Part shown: positions 17,496 to 27,459 of the stretch, in pieces
How positions within the stretch are numbered: position 1 is the first letter of the stretch
Layout of the letters: every line of letters begins with the position of its first letter
Assembly: GCA_025449535.1 (NCBI GenBank)
Contig: JANWJF010000001.1
Location: 549,136-613,135 of the forward strand
DNA length: 64,000 nucleotides
From: Candidatus Saccharimonadia bacterium
GTDB taxonomy: Bacteria; Patescibacteriota; SICC01
Reading direction: 5' to 3'
The notes under the pieces: model-generated
What the model was told of the DNA's origin: nothing
Database searches by the model: none
What the model saw: the letters and a program-made list of their open reading frames with translations, nothing else
Made by a program: the position numbers and the translations under genes

Positions 17496-18539
17496 ATGTA
17501 TGCTGGCCGTATGGCAGCGACGCAGAAGATCAGGCTGATCCGGAACCTGGAGGGCGGCGACCTTTTCGAGCTTTTCCTGGTGTCGGCGGCCTCGACCATC
17601 CTGGTCGTCCGGGCGTACCTCAAGCTCGCGGACTATCCCCAGATCGGCGGGGACACCTTGCACATCGCGCATATGCTTCCCGGCGGGATGCTGATGGTGC
17701 TCGGCCTGATCCTGGCCCTCGGGTTCCTGAACAAGGAAGCCCGGACGCTGGCCGCCTTCCTGAGCGGCATCGGGTTCGGCCTGTTTATCGACGAGCTGGG
17801 CAAGTTCATCACCCAGGACAACGATTACTTCTTCCAGCCGACGATCGGCCTGATCTATGTGATCTTCGTCATGCTGTTCCTGCTTGCGAAGTACATCGGC
17901 GATCGCCGGGCGACGGAGCGCGAGAACCTGATTAACGCGATAGAAGCCGCCAAGGAAGTCGCGATCGGCGACTTGGACCGGGTCGAGCAACGGCGGGCGC
18001 TGGCGTATCTGAAGCAAGCGGGGGACGGCGCTATCGGCAAGAGAATCGCCGAGTTGCTCCGTGAGGCGAAGACAAACTCCCGGAACGACGAGAACCCGTA
18101 CCAGCGGATTCGCGGCTGGTTGGCCGAACGGTACGTGGGTTTGGTCGAACGACCTTGGTTCAGCCGCGCCGTCATCGCCTTCTTCGTGCTCGGATCGTCC
18201 GCTTCGCTCGTGTTGTCGGCCTACGACATCGTGGCGCGCCCGGCACAGGTATCCTTCGCCGACAAGGGGGAACTGCTCTTCTCCTCGGTCACGGGGATCC
18301 TGGTGCTGCTCGGGACCTTCCGGTTGCTGCGGCGTTCGCGACTGGCCGGATACCAGACGTTCGAGCGGGCGGTGCTCGTCTTCCTGTTCCTGACCCAGTT
18401 CTTCCTCTTCATCCAGGACGAACTGGCGGCGCTTCCCGGCCTGGCGATAGGGTTGCTGGTCCTATCCGCGCTTCACTACGCCATCCGCCAGGAACGGTAC
18501 GGCCGCAAGGTCACTCGGGCAGCCGGCTCACCCGGATGA
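17496..18539 (+). CDS. polytopic membrane protein (hypothetical)
   Basis: 347 aa with ≥6 TM helices. No recognisable catalytic motif. Confidence 0.65.
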   Translation: MYAGRMAATQKIRLIRNLEGGDLFELFLVSAASTILVVRAYLKLADYPQIGGDTLHIAHMLPGGMLMVLGLILALGFLNKEARTLAAFLSGIGFGLFIDELGKFITQDNDYFFQPTIGLIYVIFVMLFLLAKYIGDRRATERENLINAIEAAKEVAIGDLDRVEQRRALAYLKQAGDGAIGKRIAELLREAKTNSRNDENPYQRIRGWLAERYVGLVERPWFSRAVIAFFVLGSSASLVLSAYDIVARPAQVSFADKGELLFSSVTGILVLLGTFRLLRRSRLAGYQTFERAVLVFLFLTQFFLFIQDELAALPGLAIGLLVLSALHYAIRQERYGRKVTRAAGSPG

Positions 18540-19668
18540 TCCGGTCGTCCCCCTTCTGCGGCTCGCCACGGCCGTCACGGTTGGACGTCAGGATGTAGAG
18601 CGCGCCGTCGGGACCGGTCGCCACGGTCCGGATCCGCCCGAACTCGTCTTTGAACAGCTCCCGGTCATCGGACACGCGGTCATCCTCGATCGTGACTTCG
18701 TGCAGGTGCGCGTCCCGCAGCGCGCCGAAGTACAGCCTGCCGTCCTTGATCGTCAGGGAAGCCGGAGCCCAGGCGACGCTGTTGCCGCTGGAAAGGATCG
18801 GCATACCCAACCCGAAACGGCGTTCGGTGCCGGTAATCAGCGGCCAACCGTAGTTGCCGCCGCGCTCAATCCGGTTCAGCTCGTCGCGGCAGCAGAGCCC
18901 GAACTCTCCGGTCGGGCCGTGCTCGGTCGCGTACAGCCGCCCCTCCGAGTCCCAGGCAAGGCCCTGCGGGTTGCGGTGTCCGAACGACCAGACCAGGTTG
19001 TCGAACGGGTTGTCCGCCGGGACGGACCCGTCCGGGTTCATCCGGAGGATCTTTCCGGCCAGGGAGCCCTGCTCCTGGGCCAGGTCCGGATCCTGCGCGT
19101 CCCCGGTGGTGACGTACAACTTCCGGTCGGGGCCGAACCGCAACCGTCCGCCGTTGTGGTTCGCGTTGCCGGGGATGTCGTCGAGCAGGACGCGTTCGTT
19201 CACGAGCTTGTCGGCGTCATCGAGCCGGTAGCGGACCACCTGGTTGGTCAGGTCGTCGCCCGAACTCTCGCTGGCGTACAGGTAGACGAAGCGGTCCCGC
19301 TCGAAGTCCGGACTGATCGCCATGCCCTGCAGCCCGCCCTCGCCCCTGGCGACGGTCGCCAGGGTGAGCGCCGGTTCACCGCGGAGACGGTCGTTTTCCA
19401 GCACCCGCACTCGCCCGGGCCGTTCGGTCACCAGGGCCTTGGTTTTGGACAGGAACGCGATATCCCACGGGACCTCCAGTCCCCCCGCCACGGTCTCGAT
19501 TGCCGACCCGGACTGGGACACGGAAGTCGGTGAGGGCGCGGTCCGGGGGCGGTCGAACGAGCCGCCCACGACGGCGATCCCGACGGCCACTACGGTCAGC
19601 AGGCAGATCACGGCTATGGCCAGGTTTCGCATATTAGCCGGTATCTCACTTCTGGACGTGGATTGCAA
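18511..19668 (-). CDS. PQQ-dependent soluble sugar dehydrogenase family (GSDH/YliI-like beta-propeller), secreted
   Basis: N-terminal signal peptide. The …HNGGRLRFGPDRKLYVTTGD… and PQGLAWDSEGRLYATEHGP…GGNYGWP motifs are characteristic of the family. Confidence 0.75.
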   Translation of the reverse strand: MQSTSRSEIPANMRNLAIAVICLLTVVAVGIAVVGGSFDRPRTAPSPTSVSQSGSAIETVAGGLEVPWDIAFLSKTKALVTERPGRVRVLENDRLRGEPALTLATVARGEGGLQGMAISPDFERDRFVYLYASESSGDDLTNQVVRYRLDDADKLVNERVLLDDIPGNANHNGGRLRFGPDRKLYVTTGDAQDPDLAQEQGSLAGKILRMNPDGSVPADNPFDNLVWSFGHRNPQGLAWDSEGRLYATEHGPTGEFGLCCRDELNRIERGGNYGWPLITGTERRFGLGMPILSSGNSVAWAPASLTIKDGRLYFGALRDAHLHEVTIEDDRVSDDRELFKDEFGRIRTVATGPDGALYILTSNRDGRGEPQKGDDRIIRVSRLPE

Positions 19669-20417
19669 TGGAGCGGGTTCCGAACGTCGCTAGCTATACT
19701 GGCACCATGCGGCTGGGAAAACTCATCGCCACGTCCGGGATGGCTTCGCGACGCCGGGCCGTCGAACTCGTGAAGACGGGTGCGGTCCGGGTGGACGGAC
19801 GGGTCGAACGGGACCCGGCGGTCGACGTGTCTCCGGATGTCACGGTCAGCGTCGAAGGCAAACGTCTGCGTCGCGAACCGCTTCGCCACTACATCCTGCA
19901 CAAGCCGGTCGGCGTCGTCTCCACGGCAGCCGACACCCATGGTCGGCGGACGGTCACCGACCTGGTCCCCGCGGAAACGCGTGTCTATCCGGTCGGTCGA
20001 CTGGATGCCGATTCCTCCGGACTGGTCCTGCTTACGAACGACGGCGACCTGGCGAACCGGCTTACCCATCCGCGGTACGGGATCGCGAAGACCTACCGGG
20101 TGACCTTCGAAGGCATGCTGGACGGGAAGGCCCTGGATCGGCTGCGGCGCGGCATCCGGCTGCGCGAAGGCGATCGTTACGTCGTCACCAAGCCGGCGGA
20201 CGTCCGGGTCGTCCGGTCGGGTCGTGGCAGCACCACCGCCGAATTGACCATCCGGGAAGGACGGAACCGCCAGATCCGGCGGATGGGAGACGCGGTCGGC
20301 CATCCGGTCACGAACCTGGTCCGAATCCGGATGGGGTCGCTGTCCCTGGGTCGCCTGCCGAAAGGCAAGTACCGGACGCTTTCGCCATCCGAACTGAAGG
20401 AGCTACGGAATCTCTGA
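19668..20417 (+). CDS. RsuA/RluB-family pseudouridine synthase (S4 domain + catalytic domain)
   Basis: An S4-like N-terminus (GKLIATSGMASRRRAVELVKTGAVRVDG) precedes the catalytic motif VYPVGRLDADSSGLVLLTNDGDL. The start may be the internal ATG at 19707. Confidence 0.85.
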   Translation: MERVPNVASYTGTMRLGKLIATSGMASRRRAVELVKTGAVRVDGRVERDPAVDVSPDVTVSVEGKRLRREPLRHYILHKPVGVVSTAADTHGRRTVTDLVPAETRVYPVGRLDADSSGLVLLTNDGDLANRLTHPRYGIAKTYRVTFEGMLDGKALDRLRRGIRLREGDRYVVTKPADVRVVRSGRGSTTAELTIREGRNRQIRRMGDAVGHPVTNLVRIRMGSLSLGRLPKGKYRTLSPSELKELRNL

Positions 20418-20426
20418 CGCGTTCGG

Positions 20427-20891
20427 TTACTCGGTGCGGTACCGGAACGCCAGCGCCAGCCCGCCGAACAGGTAGCCGATCAACAGGCCGGTAATGCCGA
20501 GGGCGTCGACCATGCTCGGATCGATCAGCCGTCCGATGACCTGCACGACGACGATGTACGCCACCAGGGCGAACAAGAGCGAGCTCGAGAGCGCGCCGTA
20601 CCGTCGGATCTTCGGCCAGGCCACCGCCCAGATGATCCCGATGAACGCCCAGACCACGAAGTGGATCGCGGAACCGATCAGCCAGTCGAGGCCGAGCTTA
20701 GGTGACTCGATGGCGTCCGGGCCGAGCACCGACGCGGAGAGGAACGAACCAAAGTCCGCCGCCGACCCGTCGCCCAGCGCGCCGACCAACAACATCCAGG
20801 TCCAGACCACCGCCCCGGCGAACAATCCGGCCAGCAGGCCCCGGTCCAGCTTCGGCACATGCTTACGTTCTACGACGTTCACTTGCGGCAT
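20427..20891 (-). CDS. membrane protein (hypothetical, 4 TM)
   Basis: 154-aa hydrophobic ORF. Confidence 0.55.
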   Translation of the reverse strand: MPQVNVVERKHVPKLDRGLLAGLFAGAVVWTWMLLVGALGDGSAADFGSFLSASVLGPDAIESPKLGLDWLIGSAIHFVVWAFIGIIWAVAWPKIRRYGALSSSLLFALVAYIVVVQVIGRLIDPSMVDALGITGLLIGYLFGGLALAFRYRTE

Positions 20892-20945
20892 ACGGCTATC
20901 ATACTCGATATACTAAAAAATGGTCCCGACTTCGTTTCACAACAC

Positions 20946-21019
20946 GCCGCCTTAGCTCAGTTGGCCAGAGCAGTCCCTTCGTAAGGGAAAGGTCCCCGGT
21001 TCGAATCCGGGAGGCGGCT
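20946..21019 (+). tRNA. tRNA-Thr (anticodon CGT)
   Basis: Acceptor GCCGCCT/AGGCGGC, anticodon loop ttCGTaa and T arm ggtccccggttcgaatccggg. One G-A mismatch lies at the base of the anticodon stem. Confidence 0.8.
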
Positions 21020-21056
21020 CAAGGAATTCGCAGGATTCCGGAATCAGGTCGATACC

Positions 21057-21734
21057 GTGTCGGATAAGCTCAAACATATCATCAAGGCCCAGCGGATTAC
21101 CGAACGGGTGTTCGAGGACCTACTGAAGGAAATCCATGCCGGCCGGACGGAAATCGAAATCCGTGACCGGCTGCTCGACCTTGCGAAATACCATGGGGCC
21201 AGCGGCCATGCTTTCGATCCTAAAGTGGGGGCGGGCCGTAATGCTGCGGATCCACATGTCGAGCCGACCGACCGGAAGCTTCGCCCCGGTCAGCTCCTCC
21301 TGATCGACATGGGTGCTACCTACGGGGGGTACTGTTCGGATATGACCCGGATGGTCGCGATCGGGAAGCCGTCCAGTGAGGCGAGGAAGGCCTATGGAAT
21401 CGTCCTGCGGGCCCAACAAGCGGCGATCCGAGCCGCGAAGCCCGGGCTGACCGGGAAAGAACTCGACGCGGTCGCGCGGGATGTCATCAGGCGAGCGGGA
21501 TACGGGAAGCGCTTCATACATGCGCTCGGACACGGCATCGGCCGGAAGCTTCACCAGGACCCGCGGTTGACGCCCCTTCGGAAGACGCGGCTCAAGCCCG
21601 GCGACGTCGTCACCGTCGAACCCGGCATCTACGTGCCCGGCCGGTTCGGAGTACGGGTGGAAGACATGCTACTGATCACGCCGCGCGGGAATCGCAACCT
21701 TACTCGTACGCCCAAGAAGCTATGGATCCTGTGA
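21057..21734 (+). CDS. M24 family metallopeptidase catalytic domain (Xaa-Pro/Met aminopeptidase-like, short form)
   Basis: The pita-bread metal-ligand pattern is seen in …LIDMGATYGGYCSDMTRM…HALGHGIG…VTVEPGIY…VRVEDMLLIT. Confidence 0.75.
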   Translation: MSDKLKHIIKAQRITERVFEDLLKEIHAGRTEIEIRDRLLDLAKYHGASGHAFDPKVGAGRNAADPHVEPTDRKLRPGQLLLIDMGATYGGYCSDMTRMVAIGKPSSEARKAYGIVLRAQQAAIRAAKPGLTGKELDAVARDVIRRAGYGKRFIHALGHGIGRKLHQDPRLTPLRKTRLKPGDVVTVEPGIYVPGRFGVRVEDMLLITPRGNRNLTRTPKKLWIL

Positions 21735-21749
21735 TACCATTGCACGTTC

Positions 21750-22261
21750 ATGAGATTCGAACGCGGTAACTTCGGCGTCGATACGGTGGATGGACGGGTA
21801 CTGTCCGTCCTGGTCTACACGCAGCCTCAGATGGCGACGAGACTCCTCTGCGAACATATGCGCCGGCCCGGATTCGACCACGCCCTCGCGGAGCAGGTGA
21901 TGCCGTATCTCGACCGGATCAAAAACGACTACATGGTCCGCGAGGTGGTGGAAACAGGAAGGCTTCCGAGGATCCCTGCGTACGCTTGGCGTTCGCTGAT
22001 CAGATCGGCATGGTGGCGCGACGGGACCGGAACGACGCCTACGCCTTGCTCAGTGCGGCGTGCTTGGAAGACCGGTCCGCGATGCCTGACCTGGTCCGGG
22101 CCGGATTGCAGGCGGTCCAGCGGGACGCTCCCGAGGAATACCACTTCCTGGTCAAGAAGGGGCTCCACGAGATGCAGAAGGAGCTCAGGCCGGGCGCGCT
22201 CGCCCGGCGCCAGCGAATCAATCGCCGGTTCCGCCGGGCGCTCGAAGCGATAGGGCAGTAA
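21750..22261 (+). pseudogene. hypothetical gene split over two frames (possible frameshift or two short ORFs)
   Basis: Frame 0 reads MRFERGNF…RLPRIPAYAW and degrades into low-complexity sequence. Frame 2 from ~21965 reads …LAFADQIGMVARRDRNDAYALLSAACLEDRSAMPDLVRAGLQAV… to 22261 and looks protein-like. Confidence 0.4.
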
Positions 22262-22278
22262 GCTAAACTGGACGGTGC

Positions 22279-22349
22279 GCGGGTATCGTATAGTGGCATT
22301 ACGCGTGCTTCCCAAGCACGAAAGAGGAGTTCGATTCTCCTTACCCGCT
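22279..22349 (+). tRNA. tRNA-Gly (anticodon CCC)
   Basis: Acceptor GCGGGTA/TACCCGC, anticodon stem cgtgc/gcacg with loop ttCCCaa, and a short variable loop. Confidence 0.85.
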
Positions 22350-22358
22350 CAACGAACA

Positions 22359-22550
22359 GTGAAAGGTTCCACTGAGAAACTGTTGTCCGCAATGCTTGCC
22401 ATCATCAGGCACAAGCCTGGCATCCGTCCGTCCGAACTGAACCGGCGCTTGGGTCGCGAGCACTCAAACCACTATCGACGGACGCTGATCAAACGAGGAC
22501 TGGTCAGGAAAGAGAAAGACGGTCCAGTCGTGCGGTATTATCCTGAGTGA
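22359..22550 (+). CDS. small winged-helix DNA-binding protein (putative transcriptional regulator)
   Basis: A GTG start directly after the tRNA gives VKGSTEKLLSAMLAIIRHKPGIRPSELNRRLGREHSNHYRRTLIKRGLVRKEKDGPVVRYYPE, which has an HTH and a wing-like pattern. GC is low. Confidence 0.5.
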   Translation: MKGSTEKLLSAMLAIIRHKPGIRPSELNRRLGREHSNHYRRTLIKRGLVRKEKDGPVVRYYPE

Positions 22551-22554
22551 ACGC

Positions 22555-23058
22555 ATGAAAACCGCTCTCATTGTCATAGACGTTCAAAATTACTTCGTGA
22601 ACGATCGCACCGCCAGGGTTCCTGGAAAGATTGCTGACCATATCCGTTTACGAAAACCCGAACTGGCTTTCTTTACCAGGTTCATCAATAAGGAAAGTTC
22701 CCAGTTCGTAAAGATGCTCAACTGGCGCGAGTGCATGAGCAGTCCTGATGTTGACCTCAGTCCAGAAATCAAAGCGTTCGCGGGCGAGCCGAATACTTTT
22801 GACAAGACTGGCTTCTCGATCTTTCGGTCGAAAAGTCTCACGTCTCGTCTAAAAGAAGAGAACGTGACTCATGTACAACTATGCGGCATCGACATTGATG
22901 CTTGCGTGCTGGCATCGGCCTATGAGGCATTCGACCGAGGATATCGCGTAGAGGTGCTAGACGGTATCTCTGGAAGCCACCATGGCGAAGACTTAGGCAG
23001 AGCCGCGGTTGATATCATTAATAGGAACCTGCGATCCAAGAGTGAACCCAGGCAATGA
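22555..23058 (+). CDS. isochorismatase-family cysteine hydrolase
   Basis: LIVIDVQNYF…; the conserved Cys lies in QLCGIDIDACVL. 167 aa in a lower-GC segment. Confidence 0.75.
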   Translation: MKTALIVIDVQNYFVNDRTARVPGKIADHIRLRKPELAFFTRFINKESSQFVKMLNWRECMSSPDVDLSPEIKAFAGEPNTFDKTGFSIFRSKSLTSRLKEENVTHVQLCGIDIDACVLASAYEAFDRGYRVEVLDGISGSHHGEDLGRAAVDIINRNLRSKSEPRQ

Positions 23059-23188
23059 TTCCAACCCGGCAGTCTCTACTATGGGACGCAACGTGTTAAT
23101 TCCTCGGTCTTTTCGATAGTATGCTCAGTTATGACTCACCAAATACGGAGGCCGGGAGAACCGGCCGACGGACGATAATGGAAACAAT

Positions 23189-23836
23189 ATGGCATCCGAA
23201 GTAGCACGCGTAGAAGGCGTCGAACCAGGCGGCAAGAAAGGCGTTCGCGCCTGGCTACGGGAACGTTTTCCTCTGCGCTCGGATCACGAGATGGCTACCG
23301 AGCGAGCGGTCGCGGAAGCGGTGAAGGACTCGGAGTTCGTCGGCCCGTACCCGCGCTCCGTATCCGACGCGGTAATCACCGGCCTTGAGCAGGGCCTTCC
23401 ATTGCCGGACGAAGCCCATCTCAAAGGAAAGCAGGCCACGGGGTTTGCGTGTGAAAGACGTCCGACCATGATCCTGGTCGGAGACCCGCTGGCTCCTAAC
23501 TTGGTGGTCTACCGGATTGAGATCCAAGAGACGGTGGATCGCTGCAAAGAGGTTGAACTGACGATCGCGGGTGAGGGTGACCAACGGCAAGTTGTCGAGG
23601 CGACCGCTTGGTTCGAGCAACACCTTCTCGGTCAGCAACAAGCCGTTCCTCTGGGACTGCCGCTTCCAATGGAGTCCATGGATTTGCTTAAGCTTGCCGC
23701 GGATCTCGAGGGCCGCGTCCGGGATGGGACCTCCATTCCTGTTCAGGGGACGGCTGAACAGAGAGTTAACATCCACCATGTCGCCCCGCGTTTGTCTGCC
23801 GACGGGCCGGAGACGGATGCCAGGTTGGATCCATGA
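23189..23836 (+). CDS. hypothetical protein
   Basis: 215-aa ORF with coding-like composition and no recognisable motif. Confidence 0.5.
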   Translation: MASEVARVEGVEPGGKKGVRAWLRERFPLRSDHEMATERAVAEAVKDSEFVGPYPRSVSDAVITGLEQGLPLPDEAHLKGKQATGFACERRPTMILVGDPLAPNLVVYRIEIQETVDRCKEVELTIAGEGDQRQVVEATAWFEQHLLGQQQAVPLGLPLPMESMDLLKLAADLEGRVRDGTSIPVQGTAEQRVNIHHVAPRLSADGPETDARLDP

Positions 23837-23858
23837 GTCCGGTGATACAGTAAAGTCG

Positions 23859-24440
23859 ATGTCGCAGTCGACGTTCAATCCCGAGACTACTGCCCAGGCC
23901 GAGAAACGGTTCTGGCGAGCCCACAACGACAAGGATATGCCACGCATCCGTGCCTCGCTGGAACAATGGACCAGCGAACTGTATGGCGTGGACAAGCAGT
24001 CATCCCAGGAAGCGGTAGGTCACTTGTTTGCGGCGGTCGCGTCACACGACAGCCGCGACTGGGGCGCCGCGGTCGAACATGCGGCCGGATACTATCGCGT
24101 CATCCGTGACTCCTCGGCGTTGGACTTTGATCCGCAGACTGCCGGCGAACTCGAGGTCGCCTGGTGGCGCATACATGACGAACTGGAACACGAACCGGAC
24201 AAGACCCGTCTGGTCGAAGCGTTCAGCCGTTTGTACGCGGAACTCTTCGGCATCTCGCCCGTCGCGGCCCGGGAAGCCGGTGTGCTGAAGGCGCAGGCGA
24301 CGGTCGAGCATGACCTGGCAGAGGACCCCGATACCGACCCGGGCACGGTAGACGGGCATTGGGACGCTGCAGCGGGCGCGCTCAAGCAAAGTTACCAAGC
24401 GCTGCGGCGCGTGAGGGCTGAGCCAGGCCGTCCAGCATGA
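23859..24440 (+). CDS. hypothetical protein
   Basis: Internal ATG of track ORF 23571, in-frame as MSQSTFNPETTAQAEKRFW…. The upstream part of that ORF overlaps the previous gene and looks non-coding. Confidence 0.5.
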   Translation: MSQSTFNPETTAQAEKRFWRAHNDKDMPRIRASLEQWTSELYGVDKQSSQEAVGHLFAAVASHDSRDWGAAVEHAAGYYRVIRDSSALDFDPQTAGELEVAWWRIHDELEHEPDKTRLVEAFSRLYAELFGISPVAAREAGVLKAQATVEHDLAEDPDTDPGTVDGHWDAAAGALKQSYQALRRVRAEPGRPA

Positions 24441-25042
24441 CGGACCTCGCTCCGCGGCCTCCGCTCCGCAACCGCTACTATGGGTTCCGGCACGGCCAGA
24501 GCGAGGCGAACGTCCAGGGCATCATCCTGAGCGACCCCGCGATCGGCACCAAGCGGTACGGTTTGACCGACGTCGGCCGGCAGCAGGTGGCGGAGTCGGC
24601 GCGCGCCCATCGTGACGTGCTTGAACGCGCGGTGCTCTACTCGTCCGACTTCCTGCGGACGAAGCAGACGGCGGAAGAGATCGTCTCGGTCGCCGGACTG
24701 TCGACCCCGGTGCGGTACGATATCCGCCTGCGCGAACGCTTCTTCGGGGACTTCGACGGCGGTTCCAACGAGGCGTATCACCTGGCCTGGCAAGGGGACC
24801 GACAGTCGGCGAAACGGACGGAGCACGGCGTGGAATCCGTCACGCACGTCGCCGAACGGATGTCCGCCTTCATCCGGGAGCTCGAAGGGCAGTCGGCGGA
24901 CCGTGACGTCGTGCTCGTCGGGCACGGGGATCCGTTCCAGATCGCGGAAGCCTGGCTGCGGGGCGATGACCTGCGGAACCATACGTCCCATTCCTTCGAG
25001 ACCGGGGAGATGCGGTTGCTGAACCCTGCTGCGTTACACTAA
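24437..25042 (+). CDS. histidine phosphatase family protein (phosphoglycerate-mutase-like)
   Basis: The RHG motif in YGFRHGQSEANVQGI and the downstream …LVGHGDPF place it in the family. Confidence 0.8.
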   Translation: MTDLAPRPPLRNRYYGFRHGQSEANVQGIILSDPAIGTKRYGLTDVGRQQVAESARAHRDVLERAVLYSSDFLRTKQTAEEIVSVAGLSTPVRYDIRLRERFFGDFDGGSNEAYHLAWQGDRQSAKRTEHGVESVTHVAERMSAFIRELEGQSADRDVVLVGHGDPFQIAEAWLRGDDLRNHTSHSFETGEMRLLNPAALH

Positions 25043-25046
25043 AACC

Positions 25047-26297
25047 ATGCTTCGCAACCATCTCATCTACACCACCTATTGCGACTGGCGTTTGAACATC
25101 AAGAAAGCCGAAGGGAGCCACCTTTGGACCGACGACGGGAAGCAACTCATTGACTTCGCGACGGGGTGGAATGTGGCGAACCTCGGCTGGAATCATCCCG
25201 AGGTGATGGAGGCAGTACTGGGGGTTACGAAGGAAAAGACCTATGGATCGCTCTGGATGGGTAACGCCACACGCGACCAGTATGCCAAGGCACTTACCGA
25301 CGCCCTGCCCGGAGAACTTTCCGCGGTCGGCCCCGCTACCGGCGGCACGGAAGCCAATGAAGAGGCGCTCAAGTCAGCCCGTGCCTTCACCAGGCGCAAG
25401 AAGCTGATCGGCTTAGCGCCCGCGTACCATGGCCAATCGTTCGGCAGCATGGCGATTGGCACACCACCCGAGTACGTTAGTGACATCGGTCCGCTGGTTC
25501 CGGACTTCGTCCAGCTCGATTATCCGGACACGTACCGTTCCAAGCAGTCACCGGAGGAGTTGCTGGAGTCTTTCGTGGAGAAGCTCGAGGAAGTTCTCAA
25601 GAAGGAAGACGTCGCGGCCATGATAACGGAGACAGGCGTCGTTACCGGCGAAGGCAATATGGCGCTCGCGCCACCGGGATACCTTACTCGTGTGCGGGAG
25701 CTTACGAAGAAATACGGAACACTACTTATCGTCGACGAGGTAGGTACCGGCTTCTCCCGGACGGGGAAACTGTTCGGTGTCGAACATGAGAACGTCGAGC
25801 CGGACATCATGACGTTCGCCAAAGGACAGTCCAACGGTGCGGCGCCACTCGGTGCGATGGTGGCCCGGACCGATATCGCGGAACGGATCTACGACAAGGC
25901 GAACATCACCTCGACCTACGGTTGGCTACCGGGGCCCTGCGCTGCCGGACTGAAGACGCTGGAGGTTCACCAGCGCGACAAAGTATGGGAACAGGCGGCG
26001 GAGAACGGGGAGTACCTGGTGAAGTCCTTGCGTGAGCAGTTGGCTGACCATCCGCTGGTAGACGATGTGCGCGGTGTCGGCATGCTGGTCGGCATCGATA
26101 TCGTCAAGGACAAGCAGGACAAGGAGACGCATGCTGAAGCTGGAGCATCCGTCCGGGAGGAGGCGCTAAAGCGAGGGCTGCACGTCCCGCCAGGTATGAC
26201 CGGGACGATCCAACTGATGCCGCCGCTGACGATCGAACGGGACGTGCTCGATGAAGGCATCGAGATTCTCGTCGACGTGATCAAAGAAGCGAAGTAA
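25047..26297 (+). CDS. class-III pyridoxal-phosphate aminotransferase
   Basis: LIVDEVGTGFSRTGKLFGVEHENVEPDIMTFAKG contains the PLP-lysine motif. 416 aa. Confidence 0.85.
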   Translation: MLRNHLIYTTYCDWRLNIKKAEGSHLWTDDGKQLIDFATGWNVANLGWNHPEVMEAVLGVTKEKTYGSLWMGNATRDQYAKALTDALPGELSAVGPATGGTEANEEALKSARAFTRRKKLIGLAPAYHGQSFGSMAIGTPPEYVSDIGPLVPDFVQLDYPDTYRSKQSPEELLESFVEKLEEVLKKEDVAAMITETGVVTGEGNMALAPPGYLTRVRELTKKYGTLLIVDEVGTGFSRTGKLFGVEHENVEPDIMTFAKGQSNGAAPLGAMVARTDIAERIYDKANITSTYGWLPGPCAAGLKTLEVHQRDKVWEQAAENGEYLVKSLREQLADHPLVDDVRGVGMLVGIDIVKDKQDKETHAEAGASVREEALKRGLHVPPGMTGTIQLMPPLTIERDVLDEGIEILVDVIKEAK

Positions 26298-26583
26298 TCA
26301 GACTACCCCTGGAAAACTGACGTGACCGGGATTGTCTGTTTAGGTAGTAATCGCTTCGTAAAGCCAAGATATTTTGACTTTGTAGCGCAGTAAGGTAGAT
26401 TGAAGCTTGCTGTTTACTGATGCCAGCAGCTCAAACCGTACAGAGCGAGCTGTTTTTGATTGGCTAGCGGACCTTACCAGCCAGGCCATTTCCAAAATCA
26501 AACTATTTTTCATCTGCCGACCAGCGGATGGATCATTCGGGGTCAGTTCTGGAACTCAAGCAAAGACAGAAGGAGACAGAGGC

Positions 26584-27429
26584 ATGACTAAAAGGATGAA
26601 AGCGAGGGCGACGAGATGCGTCCTAGCGGCTCTCGCAATGGCCACCGCATTGGCCATCATGGCCGGGTCGGCGAGCGCGGCGGTGACCTACACCCCGATC
26701 TATGACAACGTCCCGAGCCCGTTGCCCGGCAACGTGCCGTCGCAGCCGTTCCAGGCGCAACAGGTCTCGGAGTTCGGCGGCCAAGTCGAATTCTCAGGCC
26801 CCAGTGCCAACAACACGAAGGTCACGGTCGCGATGAGCAGCTGGGCCTGTCAGAGCGGGACCTGGCATGAAGGCACGTGTGCAACCACCCTCGGAGCAAA
26901 GTTCTCCTGGCCGGTCACGCTCAAGATCTACCACGCGGAACCGGACAACTCAGTCGGCGCGCAGACCGGAGAACTGACGCAGGCGTTCAACATGCCCTAC
27001 CGACCGTCAGCCAACGTTCCGAAATGCGGGGACGGCAGGTGGTACTACGGCGGGAAATGCTTCAACGGCAAGCTGTTCAAGATCGTCTTCCCACTGAAGG
27101 GCGTCTACTTGCCGAAAAAAGCGATCATCAGCGTCGAGTACAACACGAGTGGCTACGGTCCTGAACCGCAGGGCTATAGCAATCCGTGCAACGAAGCGGT
27201 CAGTGGCTGCTTCTACGACTCGTTGAACGTGGGGCTCACCGGCACGCCGACGGTAGGTGCTGCTCCGCTGCCGAAAGACGCCTACATCAACTCAGCCACG
27301 CCCGGCGTCTACTGTGACGGCGGAACCGGAGGCACAAACGTATTCCGGTTCGACCCGGGTTGCTGGTTCAGTGAAGCAGAAGAAAAAGTGGAAACGTACC
27401 AGCCGAAGTTCGAAGTCACGACCGGCTAA
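26584..27429 (+). CDS. secreted Cys-containing hypothetical protein
   Basis: Start chosen at MTKRMKARATRCVLAALAMATALAIMAGSASA (signal peptide) with an AGGAGA RBS 8 nt upstream. The upstream part of the track ORF lies in an AT-rich intergenic region. Confidence 0.6.
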   Translation: MTKRMKARATRCVLAALAMATALAIMAGSASAAVTYTPIYDNVPSPLPGNVPSQPFQAQQVSEFGGQVEFSGPSANNTKVTVAMSSWACQSGTWHEGTCATTLGAKFSWPVTLKIYHAEPDNSVGAQTGELTQAFNMPYRPSANVPKCGDGRWYYGGKCFNGKLFKIVFPLKGVYLPKKAIISVEYNTSGYGPEPQGYSNPCNEAVSGCFYDSLNVGLTGTPTVGAAPLPKDAYINSATPGVYCDGGTGGTNVFRFDPGCWFSEAEEKVETYQPKFEVTTG

Positions 27430-27459
27430 CCCCACCACACCAAACGACCGACGCAGTAC

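Noticed and set aside
23060-23190. Repeat of the tRNA-Gly(CCC) 3' end bounding the second islet
   Set aside because: No convincing match to ggagttcgattctccttacccgc was found downstream of the islet by eye. Only the tRNA-Asp locus shows such a repeat.
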